Shown here: positions 8,639-17,336 of the stretch, one piece after another
How positions within the stretch are numbered: the first letter of the stretch is position 1
How the letters are laid out: each line of letters begins with the position of its first letter
Source of the DNA: Nitratidesulfovibrio vulgaris str. Hildenborough
GTDB taxonomy: Bacteria > Desulfobacterota > Desulfovibrionia > Desulfovibrionales > Desulfovibrionaceae
Assembly: GCF_000195755.1 (NCBI RefSeq)
Contig: NC_002937.3
Location: 570,001-602,000 of the forward strand
Reading direction: 5' to 3'
Length of the DNA: 32,000 nt
The notes under the pieces: generated by a model
Databases searched by the model: none
What the model was told of the DNA's origin: nothing
What the model saw: the letters and a program-made list of their open reading frames with translations, nothing else
Made by a program: the position numbers and the translations under genes

Positions 8639-9632
8639 ACAGTGACGCTCCATCACCGTCCAGCCCGAGTTGTTCGCCTAGGGCTGCAACGACTTGCCGT
8701 GAGGCTTCTTCCGGGGGCAAGGGCATTTCCACGCCCGCCGCGTTCCGGTGCCCGCCTCCGCCGAAGCGTGCGGCCACGGCGCGCACATCATCAGACCCGG
8801 TGGAACGCAGGCTGACCTTCGACCCTTCCGGACCGTTGCCGCGAACCATGACCGAGACGCGCACCCCGCGCACCTTGCGCATCTGGGAGGCCCAGCCTTC
8901 GAGGTCGGCACGTCGTGCGCCGCATGACTCGATGAGCGCATCGGGAATGACCGATATAGCCACTGTGCCGTCGAACGCAAGACGCATCTCCTGCATGAGC
9001 CTGCCCCACAACTGCATCCGGGCGAAAGACCACTGATTGTCGTGCCGTTCGGTGAGGGCCGCCACATCCAGCCCGTTGCCTACGATTTCAGCGGCAAGGG
9101 AAAGGACTCGGGCCGAGGTGTTGCCGAACGAGAACGACCCGGTGTCGGAGACAAGGGCGAGATAGAGGCATTCGCCGAGGGCACCGGCAAGGGGCTGGCC
9201 CAGCGCGAGGGCGATCTCGGCCACCATTTCGCCGGTGGCTGCCCGCTGGGGTTCGACCCAGTTGTCGACGGTGCCGAAGAGGGGATTGCCCTGATGGTGG
9301 TCGATGTTGATGGACGGTAGGTCGGCAAGCGGGGCACGCAGTGCCTCGCCGGGGCGTTTCTCGTCACCGCAGTCCAGCACGATGGCAAGCCTGGGCTGAA
9401 AGGGCAGTTCATCGAAAGATGTGTACACCTGACCGGGCAGGGGAACCCATGAGAGGTGCGAAGGCACACCGGACACGTTGCAGAGGCAGAAGCGCTTGCC
9501 AAGAGTCGCCAGCACGTGGCCCATGGCACCGAGTGAACCGATGGCGTCGCCATCGGGATTGGCATGGGTGGTGATGAGGATGTCGTCCGCGTCGCGGAGA
9601 AGGGCGGCTATGCGAGCCTGTGGTTCCTGCAT
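8631..9632 (-). CDS. DHH/DHHA1 family phosphoesterase (NrnA-like oligoribonuclease/pAp phosphatase), 333 aa
   Basis: Motifs HANPDGDAIGS, DCGD, NIDHH and, in the DHHA1 part, GGGHRNAAG. Confidence 0.85.
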   Translation of the reverse strand: MQEPQARIAALLRDADDILITTHANPDGDAIGSLGAMGHVLATLGKRFCLCNVSGVPSHLSWVPLPGQVYTSFDELPFQPRLAIVLDCGDEKRPGEALRAPLADLPSINIDHHQGNPLFGTVDNWVEPQRAATGEMVAEIALALGQPLAGALGECLYLALVSDTGSFSFGNTSARVLSLAAEIVGNGLDVAALTERHDNQWSFARMQLWGRLMQEMRLAFDGTVAISVIPDALIESCGARRADLEGWASQMRKVRGVRVSVMVRGNGPEGSKVSLRSTGSDDVRAVAARFGGGGHRNAAGVEMPLPPEEASRQVVAALGEQLGLDGDGASLYV

Positions 9633-9649
9633 GGTATGTCCGGGGGCGG

Positions 9650-9940
9650 TCAGTCGGCCGCGAAGATTTCAATGTCGCTGTAGACCATCTCTTCGGGACA
9701 GACGGCCTCCATCATGGCGAGGCATTTGTCGAGACGGCTCTGTAGGTGCTGGTGGCTGTTGCTGACGGAGACTACCGCGAGACGCAGCATGGTGAGGGAG
9801 TCTTCTGTTTCGACTTCGGCGATGGCCACGTTGAAGGTGTTGCGCACCTTCTGCTTGAGGCTGTTGGCGATGCGCCGCTTGCCCTTGAGCGAGTCGTTGC
9901 CGTGCAGGCGGTATTCTACGGTCAGTACACCAAGAACCAT
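9650..9940 (-). CDS. DUF503 (YlxP-like) protein, 96 aa
   Basis: The sequence GVLTVEYRLHGNDSLKGKRRIANSLKQKVRNTFNVAIAEV and its position directly after infB match the DUF503/YlxP family as I recall it. Confidence 0.8.
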   Translation of the reverse strand: MVLGVLTVEYRLHGNDSLKGKRRIANSLKQKVRNTFNVAIAEVETEDSLTMLRLAVVSVSNSHQHLQSRLDKCLAMMEAVCPEEMVYSDIEIFAAD

Positions 9941-10008
9941 GGTTCATCCGGTGTGGGGCGCATGGTGGCGTGCATTGCAGCACATACCGTGGCGCACCCG
10001 CTGTCATC

Positions 10009-10033
10009 GGGGGTGGAGACGGGCTCCACCCCC
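10009..10033 (-). promoter_or_regulatory. Intercistronic GC hairpin between infB and the DUF503 gene
   Basis: GGGGGTGGAG-ACGGG-CTCCACCCCC forms a 10-bp stem. It starts 11 nt after the infB stop and has no U tract. Confidence 0.4.
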
Positions 10034-10043
10034 GTAACAAGCA

Positions 10044-13000
10044 CTACAGTGTAGCGGCCTCTTCGACCATTTCGAAGGCTTCGATGACGTCGCCGACCTT
10101 GATGTCGTTGAAGTTCTCGAGGCCCATGCCGCACTCGTAGCCCTTCTGCACGTCGCGGACGTCGTCCTTGAAGCGCTTGAGGGACGTGATCTTGCCCGTG
10201 TAGACGACCACACCGTCGCGCAGCAGGCGCACACCCGCGTTGCGGGTGACCTTGCCGTCGGCCACGTGACAACCGGCGATGACGCCGATCTTGGGCACGC
10301 TGAAGGTCTCGCGCACTTCGGCCTGACCGAGGTACACTTCGCGCTGCACCGGGGCGAGCATGCCCGCCATGGCGCTCTTGATCTCATCCACGAGCTTGTA
10401 GATGATGTCGTAGAAGCGGATGTCCACGTTCTCCTGCTCGGCGATGTCCTTGACCTTGGAGGTCGGGCGGACATTGAAGCCGATGATGATGGCGTCGGAG
10501 GCCGATGCCAGCAGGATGTCGGATTCGGTGATGGCACCGGCACCGCCGTGGATGATGTTGATCTTGACCTTCTCGGTGCTGAGCTTGCGCACGGCCTCGC
10601 TGATGGCCTCGAGCGTGCCCTGCACGTCGGCCTTGAGAACGAGGTTGAGCGTGAGCGCCTCGGCGGCGTCGGCACGGCGCGACAGGAAGGTTTCGAGGGT
10701 GACCTTCGACTCCTTGGCGAGTTCGCGCTCGCGCTGCTTGACGGCGCGGCTTTCGGCGATGCGGCGGGCGACCTTGTCGTCGGCTACGCTCACGAACTCC
10801 TCGCCGGCTTCGACGACACCGTCAAAGCCCTGCACCTCGACCGGAGTCGAGGGACCGGCTTCCTTCACCTTGCGGCCCTGGTCGTCGAACATGGCGCGCA
10901 CGCGGCCTGCGAACACGCCGCAGACGAAGGCGTCGCCCTGACGGAGAGTGCCTTCCTGCACCAGCACCGTGGCGAGAGGGCCACGGCCCTTGTCGAGCTT
11001 GGCCTCGACGACGTGACCGCGGGCGGCCTTGTCGGGGTTGGCCTTCAGTTCGAGGATTTCGGCCTGAATGGCGATGAGTTCGAGCAGTTCGTCGAGACCT
11101 TCGCGGGTCTTTGCCGAGACCTTGGCGAAGATGGTATCGCCACCCCAGTCTTCCGCCACGAGGCCCAGTTCGGACAACTCGCGGATGACGCGGTCGGGGT
11201 TTGCCCCTTCCTTGTCCATCTTGTTGACGGCGACCATGATGGGCACGCCCGCAGCCTTCGAGTGGTTCACGGCTTCGCGGGTCTGCTCCATGACGCCGTC
11301 ATCGGCGGCGACGACGAGCACGACGAGGTCGGTGATCTGGGCACCACGTGCGCGCATGGCGGTGAACGCCTCGTGACCGGGCGTGTCGAGGAACACGATC
11401 TCGCCCTTCTTGGTGGTCACATGGTAGGCACCGATGTGCTGGGTGATGCCGCCCGCTTCGCCAGCCGTCACGTTGGACTTGCGGATGGCGTCGAGGAGGG
11501 AGGTCTTGCCGTGGTCGACGTGACCCATGATGGTGACGACCGGAGGCCGGGTGACCAGCGTCTCGGGCGCGTCCTCTTCCTTGGGCACGAGGTAGTCGTC
11601 TTCCGAGAAGCCGACCTTCTCCACTTCGTAGCCGAACTCTCCGGCAACGACAGTTGCCGTATCGATGTCGAGCGACTGGTTGATCGTCGCCATGACGCCG
11701 AGACCGAAGAGCACCTTGATGATCTCGTTGGCCTTGAGACCCATCTGGTGGGCCATGTCGGCCACGCGGATGGCCTCGTCGACCTTGATCTTGCGCTTGA
11801 CGGCCTTCAGCGGCTGGGTCGCGGCGGGACGTACGTCCTTCTTGCCGCGCTTGCCCCGGCCGCGGGGGCCGCGCATCACGTCGTCATCGCTGCGACCACG
11901 AGGCCCGTCAGCCTGAAAATCTACGGTACGACGGCCCTTCTGCCGCTTCTTCTTGCTCTGGTCGCCGCGGCCATCGGCACCGGGTACGGGCATGCCGCCG
12001 GGTGCACCGCCGAAGCCGCCGGGACGCGGTGCGCCACCCGGACGGGGAGGACCACCGGCGGGACGGTAGCCGCCCTCGCGCTGTCCTTCAGGACGCGGTG
12101 CGCCACCAGCGGGCCTGTAGCCACCTTCGGGGCGCGGTGCGCCGGGGCGGTAGCCACCTTCACGCTGACCCTCGGGGCGGGGACCGCCAGCGGGCCTGTA
12201 GCCGCCTTCGGGGCGCGGTGCGCCGGGGCGGTAGCCGCCTTCAGGGCGCGGACCACCGGGACGGTAGCCACCTTCGGGGCGGGGTGCGCCGCCGGGGCGA
12301 TAGCCGCCTTCGCGCTGGCCTTCGGGGCGGTAGCCGCCTTCGCGCTGGCCTTCGGGACGGTAGCCGCCCTCGGGACGCTGACCGCCGGGGCGATAGCCGC
12401 CTGCTTCACGCTGTTGCTGTGCCGCCTGCTGCTGCATCTGCTGTTGGGCCACAGCGGCAGGGTCGGGACGCGAGATGACGCGAACCTGCGGCACCACGGC
12501 TTCAGGCTGGCGGCGCTTCTTCTTGCGGCGACGCTGCTGTGCATCGTCGTCATCACCATCCGCGTCGGCGTCTGCACGCTCGACGGTGTCGGAAGGTTCG
12601 GCGGAACGGACAGGCAGCGTGGGGGCAGAGGACGTACCGTCCGGCACGGCCGAGGCGTCGGGCGTGGCAGGACGCACGACACGCGCCGTGGCGGGCTTGT
12701 CGGCCTGCGGGCGTTCGGATTCGGGCTCTACGGTCTTCGCAGGGGCTGCTTCGGCCGTGACGGTCGCCTTTACGGCGGGCGCTTCGGGGGCGGGTGTCTC
12801 TGCGGGTGCAGCCTCGACGACCTTCGCCACAGGGGCGGGCTCGTCAGGGCGGCGGATGATGCGCGCCTTGACAGGTTCCGCCTGCGGCTCTTTGCGGGCA
12901 CGCGCGTGGGCTTCCGTCTCCGGAGCCTTGGCGGGCTTCGCCACAGCGGGCTTGTCGGCTTCTTCGGCCCTTTCGGGCGCGGAGGTCTCGGGCATGGCGG

Positions 13001-13283
13001 CTGTGGCCTCCTGCTCGGGGGCCTTTGCCTCGGCGCGTGCGGACGCCCTGTCGCCGTCGCGATGGCGACGGCGCACGATCACGTCGGGGTTGCCCTCTTT
13101 GCGGGCTCCACCGTCGCGTTGCGCCTGAACGCGCTCCTTGATCCGCGGCAGGTCTTCCTGAGCGATGACGCTGGTGGAGGTCTTGGCCGAGATGTTCATA
13201 TCCTTGAGCACCTGACCCAGCTCCTTCGTCGTCACGCCCAGTTCGGCCGCGAGATCCTTCACCTTGGTCTTGTTTTCCGTCAT
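10044..13283 (-). CDS. infB: Translation initiation factor IF-2, 1079 aa, with a long repeat-containing N-terminal region
   Basis: The C-terminal two thirds carry the IF2 GTPase ([26 protein letters not shown]) and the C1/C2 domains. AAGGA RBS upstream of the ATG at 13283. Confidence 0.97.
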   Translation of the reverse strand: MTENKTKVKDLAAELGVTTKELGQVLKDMNISAKTSTSVIAQEDLPRIKERVQAQRDGGARKEGNPDVIVRRRHRDGDRASARAEAKAPEQEATAAMPETSAPERAEEADKPAVAKPAKAPETEAHARARKEPQAEPVKARIIRRPDEPAPVAKVVEAAPAETPAPEAPAVKATVTAEAAPAKTVEPESERPQADKPATARVVRPATPDASAVPDGTSSAPTLPVRSAEPSDTVERADADADGDDDDAQQRRRKKKRRQPEAVVPQVRVISRPDPAAVAQQQMQQQAAQQQREAGGYRPGGQRPEGGYRPEGQREGGYRPEGQREGGYRPGGAPRPEGGYRPGGPRPEGGYRPGAPRPEGGYRPAGGPRPEGQREGGYRPGAPRPEGGYRPAGGAPRPEGQREGGYRPAGGPPRPGGAPRPGGFGGAPGGMPVPGADGRGDQSKKKRQKGRRTVDFQADGPRGRSDDDVMRGPRGRGKRGKKDVRPAATQPLKAVKRKIKVDEAIRVADMAHQMGLKANEIIKVLFGLGVMATINQSLDIDTATVVAGEFGYEVEKVGFSEDDYLVPKEEDAPETLVTRPPVVTIMGHVDHGKTSLLDAIRKSNVTAGEAGGITQHIGAYHVTTKKGEIVFLDTPGHEAFTAMRARGAQITDLVVLVVAADDGVMEQTREAVNHSKAAGVPIMVAVNKMDKEGANPDRVIRELSELGLVAEDWGGDTIFAKVSAKTREGLDELLELIAIQAEILELKANPDKAARGHVVEAKLDKGRGPLATVLVQEGTLRQGDAFVCGVFAGRVRAMFDDQGRKVKEAGPSTPVEVQGFDGVVEAGEEFVSVADDKVARRIAESRAVKQRERELAKESKVTLETFLSRRADAAEALTLNLVLKADVQGTLEAISEAVRKLSTEKVKINIIHGGAGAITESDILLASASDAIIIGFNVRPTSKVKDIAEQENVDIRFYDIIYKLVDEIKSAMAGMLAPVQREVYLGQAEVRETFSVPKIGVIAGCHVADGKVTRNAGVRLLRDGVVVYTGKITSLKRFKDDVRDVQKGYECGMGLENFNDIKVGDVIEAFEMVEEAATL
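11994..12407 (-). repeat. In-frame degenerate tandem repeat encoding ten GGYRP units (IF2 residues about 293-430)
   Basis: The protein reads [48 protein letters not shown] and so on. The DNA shows repeated ggtagccgcc(t/c)tc blocks. Confidence 0.9.
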
Positions 13284-13286
13284 TCC

Positions 13287-13517
13287 TTAAACCCCCTTGC
13301 GCTTCCGTCGCCATCCGCCGAACTTGCGGAGCCGCTCCCGGCATGCCGGGTCGCCGCATACGTACCATCCCCTTCCGGGAAGGACCTGTCGCTCGTCGGC
13401 GACGGGCGCTGCCCCTTCGGCGGGGCAGACGTAGCGCAGAAGCTCATGCTTGGCAAAGCGCCGTCTACAGATGACGCACATCCGGACCGGCTGGTGCCGT
13501 TCCTCGGAAGGCGTCAT
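13287..13517 (-). CDS. YlxR/DUF448 family RNA-binding protein, 76 aa
   Basis: The sequence RMCVICRRRFAKHELLRYV...GRGWYVC and its position between nusA and infB are typical of YlxR. Confidence 0.85.
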   Translation of the reverse strand: MTPSEERHQPVRMCVICRRRFAKHELLRYVCPAEGAAPVADERQVLPGRGWYVCGDPACRERLRKFGGWRRKRKGV

Positions 13518-13520
13518 CGA

Positions 13521-14807
13521 TTATTCCGTCTCCCCGTCTGCGTCGTCCCCGTCTGAGGCGGAAGGCGCAGGGCTGAGGAAGTTGATAGCAGCACGCAGGT
13601 CGGCGATGCGATTGTCATCGATGCCGAGCCCGCTGGCGAGTTCCTCGTCGGAGGCTTCCCGCAAACGTTCAATGGACTGGAAACCCGCCGTGACGAATTG
13701 CTCGATGGAGATTTCGGCAACGCTGGCGATCTGCTCGAGGCCGCGCCCGATGGCGTTGGCCTCATTGTACCGGGTTTCCGTATAGATATCTATCTTCCAG
13801 CCCAGCAGCTTCGCGGCCAGCTTGACGTTCTGCCCCTTGCGCCCGATGGCGTTGGTGAGCTGGTCGTCAGGCACGATGACTTCGAGGAGATTCTCCTCTT
13901 CATCGACCACGATGCGCGAAATGACGGCAGGAGACAGGGCATTGCGGGCGTAGGTGGCGATTTCAGGGCTCCACACCACGATGTCGATGCGTTCGCCGCG
14001 AAGCTCCTGCACGACGTTCTGGATGCGGGAGCCGCGAATGCCGACACACGCGCCCACGGGATCGACGTCACGCTCACGCGAGAGCACGGCGACCTTGGCA
14101 CGGCTGCCGGGGTCGCGGGCCACGCCCATGATCTGCACGGTACCGTCGTCGACCTCGGGAACCTCGCGGCGGAAGAGCGCTGCCATGTAGTCGCGGTGAG
14201 AGCGCGAGACGATGACCTGCGGCCCGCGTCCTTCCTTGCGTACCTCGATGATGATGGCCTGAACCCGGTCGCCGCGCTTGTAGTGCTCGCGGGGGATCTG
14301 CTCCTCTTTGGGGAGCAGGGCCTCGGTACGCCCGAGGTTGATGATCCAGCCGGCCTTGTCCCGGCGCTGGATGATGCCGCTGATGATCTCGCCACGCCGG
14401 TCCTTGAACTCGTCGTAGATGAGCTCCTGCTCGGCGTCACGCATGCGCTGGATGATGACCTGCTTGGCGGACTGGGCGGCGATGCGGCCGAGATCCTCGA
14501 CCTTGAGGCGGAAGCCCATCTCGTCGTCGATCTGGACGCTGGGGTCGTGCTTGCGGGCTTCTTCGAGGACGATGTGGGCGTTGCCGTCCTCGTCCTCGTC
14601 ATCCAGTTCGGCGACGACGATCTTGAACTGGTAGACTTCGATCTCGCCGCTTTCGTCGTTGTACGAGACCTCGACGTCGATGTCGTCGCCATACTTGCGA
14701 ACGACCGATGTGCGGACGGCCTCTTCAAGGGTTGCGACGAGCATGTCGCGTTCGAGGCCCTTGTCCTTGCTTATCTGGTCGATGGCTTTCTTGAGTTCCA
14801 TGCTCAT
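13521..14807 (-). CDS. nusA: Transcription termination/antitermination factor NusA, 428 aa
   Basis: The sequence MSMELKKAIDQISKDKGLERDML..., followed by S1 and KH domains (GACVGIRGSRIQNVVQEL, AIGRKGQNVKLAAKL). GGAGGA lies 7 nt upstream of the ATG at 14807. The ORF-track start at 14993 is too far upstream. Confidence 0.95.
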   Translation of the reverse strand: MSMELKKAIDQISKDKGLERDMLVATLEEAVRTSVVRKYGDDIDVEVSYNDESGEIEVYQFKIVVAELDDEDEDGNAHIVLEEARKHDPSVQIDDEMGFRLKVEDLGRIAAQSAKQVIIQRMRDAEQELIYDEFKDRRGEIISGIIQRRDKAGWIINLGRTEALLPKEEQIPREHYKRGDRVQAIIIEVRKEGRGPQVIVSRSHRDYMAALFRREVPEVDDGTVQIMGVARDPGSRAKVAVLSRERDVDPVGACVGIRGSRIQNVVQELRGERIDIVVWSPEIATYARNALSPAVISRIVVDEEENLLEVIVPDDQLTNAIGRKGQNVKLAAKLLGWKIDIYTETRYNEANAIGRGLEQIASVAEISIEQFVTAGFQSIERLREASDEELASGLGIDDNRIADLRAAINFLSPAPSASDGDDADGETE

Positions 14808-14847
14808 GGAAAAGTCCTCCGGCTCGGTCTTGGCTTTCCGGGGCTGC

Positions 14848-15366
14848 CTAACGGCGGGGCTTGTGGCCCGGCTCGGGGAACACGTGGATGAGATTGGCCT
14901 TGCGGACGCCCTGCCACGATGTGCGCAGGACAGCCTCTTCGGCTTCGGGTGCGGGGGCACCTTCGGGACGCAAAACCACGGTGTCGCCCTCAACGGCCAG
15001 AAGCTCGCCGCGGAACTTGCGACGGCCGGGCCATTCGGGGGTGGGGTCGATGAGTGTGAGCTCTATCTGGCGTCCCACATAAGGGGACATCTGCTCCGCG
15101 CGGAAGAAGGGCCTTTCGAGGCCCGGTGAGGAGACTTCGAGGACATAGGCGGAGCTGATGACGTCTTCGACCTCCAGCGCGAGGCCCACATGGCGCGAGA
15201 CTTCGGCACACTGGTCGATGGTGACCCCTTCGGGGCCATCGACGAAGAGACGCACGACGGTGCGACCGCCGTACGATAACTCGATGCCCCACAGTTCGAG
15301 GCCGAGCGACGCGAGAAACGGCCCGGCCATATCAGCTATGGTTGCGTCAAGTGCCTGTTTGGTCAT
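14848..15366 (-). CDS. rimP: Ribosome maturation factor RimP, 172 aa
   Basis: GLELWGIELSYGGRTVVRLFVDGPEGVTIDQCAEVSRHV...YVLEVSSPGLERP is the RimP signature. AAGGAA RBS upstream of the ATG at 15366. Confidence 0.9.
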   Translation of the reverse strand: MTKQALDATIADMAGPFLASLGLELWGIELSYGGRTVVRLFVDGPEGVTIDQCAEVSRHVGLALEVEDVISSAYVLEVSSPGLERPFFRAEQMSPYVGRQIELTLIDPTPEWPGRRKFRGELLAVEGDTVVLRPEGAPAPEAEEAVLRTSWQGVRKANLIHVFPEPGHKPRR

Positions 15367-15395
15367 TGTTGTTCCTTGTGCAGGGGCGTTACGCC

Positions 15396-15426
15396 AAAAA
15401 AAAGGGGGGCCATCGTCAGGCCACCC
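15396..15426 (-). terminator. Intrinsic-terminator-like hairpin plus U8 in the rimP-nusA-infB leader (candidate attenuator)
   Basis: Minus-strand RNA reads GGGUGGCC-UGACGAU-GGCCCCCC, giving 7 G:C pairs and 1 mismatch, followed directly by UUUUUUUU. The U tract ends 29 nt upstream of the rimP ATG. Confidence 0.45.
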
Positions 15427-15641
15427 GGTAGGACCGCAATCGGTCAACAGGATGTGGAAGCGGTCTGTCGGCGGGCGCATGGCGGGATGCCCGGGAAGCG
15501 AGTCGCTTGAAAACCGTCTCGCCGCTTCATCTGATTCGGGGTTCTATAGCGCCGCGGAGGCGGGGTGTCAACCCTCACGCATGTTGTCAAGGGTTTTTGG
15601 CGGCGAGAGGGGGCATGACCCCGCACGAGAAGACTGTGCCG

Positions 15642-15657
15642 TGGTCTGCATATTGCA
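15642..15657 (+). promoter_or_regulatory. Candidate sigma54 (-24/-12) promoter upstream of flgF
   Basis: TGGTCTG-CATA-TTGCA compared with consensus TGGCACG-N4-TTGCW. The GG-N10-GC spacing is exact. It lies 51 nt upstream of the flgF ATG. Confidence 0.5.
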
Positions 15658-15707
15658 AAAGCAAGGGCGAAGAAGCCGCGGGCGTCAACACCCCGTAAGG
15701 AGGCCCC

Positions 15708-16490
15708 ATGCAGGACAGTATGCTGAGCGGTCTGTTCGGTGCTCTCACAACCGAGCATCGACTCAACAATATCGCCAACAATCTCGCTAACGTGAACACC
15801 AACGGCTACAAGCGCGACGTGCTCGCCTTCAAGGACACCATGGCCCTTTTCGCGCATGACGAGATCATGGAGCCCATGGCCAATGTCCGGTCGAAGAAGC
15901 TGTTCCCCGAACCCCTGCACGTGGCAAGACCCCGCATCGCCGTGGCGCGCACCGACTTCAGTCAGGGCAGCTTCCATTATACGAGCGACCCGCTCGACCT
16001 TGCCATCAGCGGTAACGGGTTCTTCAAGGTGCGCACCCCCGAAGGCGAGTTCTACACCCGCAACGGTCATTTCCGTCAGACTTCCGACGGGCAGCTCGTC
16101 ACCATGCAGGGGTGGCCCGTCCTTTCAGAGGGCGGCGACATCAACCTGCCGCAGGGCAAGAACCTTCAGGTCGCCTCCGACGGGCGCATCGCCGTGGACG
16201 GTGTCGACGTGGGGCAGTTGCAGGTGGTCACCGTGTCCGACCTTGAAGGGCTGGAGAAGCTCGGCGGCAATCTCTACCGGCTGCGAGAGGGCAGCACGGC
16301 GGGCGAAGTCCCCGTCGGGCCGGACGTGATCGTTTCACAGGGCTACATCGAGACCTCCAACGTGGAGGTGGTCAACGAGATGGTCAACATGATCGAGACG
16401 CAACGCCAGTTCGAAGCCTACCAGAAGGTGATGCAGACCTCGGACACCGTCGACCGCGACGCCATAACCAAGATAGGCAGGGGCCGCTAG
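15708..16490 (+). CDS. flgF: Flagellar basal-body rod protein FlgF, 260 aa
   Basis: N-terminal rod motif NNIANNLANVNTNGYKR and C-terminal SNVEVVNEMVNMIETQRQFEAYQK. AAGGAGG RBS. Sits directly upstream of flgG. Confidence 0.85.
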   Translation: MQDSMLSGLFGALTTEHRLNNIANNLANVNTNGYKRDVLAFKDTMALFAHDEIMEPMANVRSKKLFPEPLHVARPRIAVARTDFSQGSFHYTSDPLDLAISGNGFFKVRTPEGEFYTRNGHFRQTSDGQLVTMQGWPVLSEGGDINLPQGKNLQVASDGRIAVDGVDVGQLQVVTVSDLEGLEKLGGNLYRLREGSTAGEVPVGPDVIVSQGYIETSNVEVVNEMVNMIETQRQFEAYQKVMQTSDTVDRDAITKIGRGR

Positions 16491-16546
16491 GCCGGGCCGT
16501 CGGAACATAGCGGGCCGCGCACGGCGTCCCGACAGGGAGAAGGATC

Positions 16547-17329
16547 ATGATGCGTTCACTCTGGACTGCGGCTACCGGCATGGTGGCGCAGCAGCTTAAC
16601 ATCGACGTCATCTCGCACAACCTCGCCAACGTGAACACCTCCGGCTTCAAGAAAAGCCGCGCCGAGTTCGAAGACCTGATGTACCAGAACATGCGCATCG
16701 CAGGTTCGGCCACCGAGGGCGACAGCCGCATCCCGGTGGGCATCCAGGTGGGCATGGGCGTGCGCCCCACGGCGGTGCACAAGTTCTTCTCGCAAGGCGA
16801 CTTCCAGAACAGCGGCAACCCGCTGGACATCGCCATCGAGGGCGACGGCTTCTTTCAGGTGCTGGTCAATGGCGAACCTCGCTACACCCGCGCCGGGGCC
16901 TTCAAGCTCAATCAGGACGGTACGGTGGTCACGGCCAACGGCTATGTGCTCCAGCCGGAGTTCACCGTGCCTGCCGAGACCAAGAACGTCGTCGTGACAG
17001 AGGCGGGGCACATCGCCGCACTCGATGCCAACGGGCAGGAACTCGCCGCCGCCGACATCCCCCTCTACACCTTCATCAACCCGGCGGGACTCGACGCCAT
17101 CGGCCGCAACCTCTACGTGCCCTCGGAGGCGTCGGGCGAAGCGGTGGAAGGGGTGCCCGGTGAAGACAACGTCGGGACGCTGGCGCAGGGCTTCCTCGAG
17201 ATGTCCAACGTCGAGGTGGTCGATGAGATGGTCAACATGATCGTCGGTCAACGCGCCTATGAAATGAACTCCAAGGCCATCTCCACTTCAGACCAGATGT
17301 TGCAGACGGCCGTGAACCTCAAGAGGTAG
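16547..17329 (+). CDS. flgG: Flagellar distal rod protein FlgG, 260 aa
   Basis: SLWTAATGMVAQQLNIDVISHNLANVNTSGFKKSRAEFEDLMYQ and the C-terminal SNVEVVDEMVNMIVGQRAYEMNSK resemble enteric FlgG closely. Confidence 0.93.
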   Translation: MMRSLWTAATGMVAQQLNIDVISHNLANVNTSGFKKSRAEFEDLMYQNMRIAGSATEGDSRIPVGIQVGMGVRPTAVHKFFSQGDFQNSGNPLDIAIEGDGFFQVLVNGEPRYTRAGAFKLNQDGTVVTANGYVLQPEFTVPAETKNVVVTEAGHIAALDANGQELAAADIPLYTFINPAGLDAIGRNLYVPSEASGEAVEGVPGEDNVGTLAQGFLEMSNVEVVDEMVNMIVGQRAYEMNSKAISTSDQMLQTAVNLKR

Positions 17330-17336
17330 ACCGGGC

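Noticed and set aside
11994-12407. Periodic DNA repeats here and at 4967-5101 that might be mistaken for a CRISPR array or non-coding minisatellite
   Set aside because: The units are degenerate, contiguous with no unique spacers, and in frame within infB and pnp. They encode GGYRP and RDGG peptide repeats.
10266-13556. 1096-aa plus-strand ORF antisense to infB and the ylxR-like gene
   Set aside because: Same artefact as above. Its sequence mirrors the IF2 repeats (GAVAAF/GTVATF runs) and has no start context or domain.
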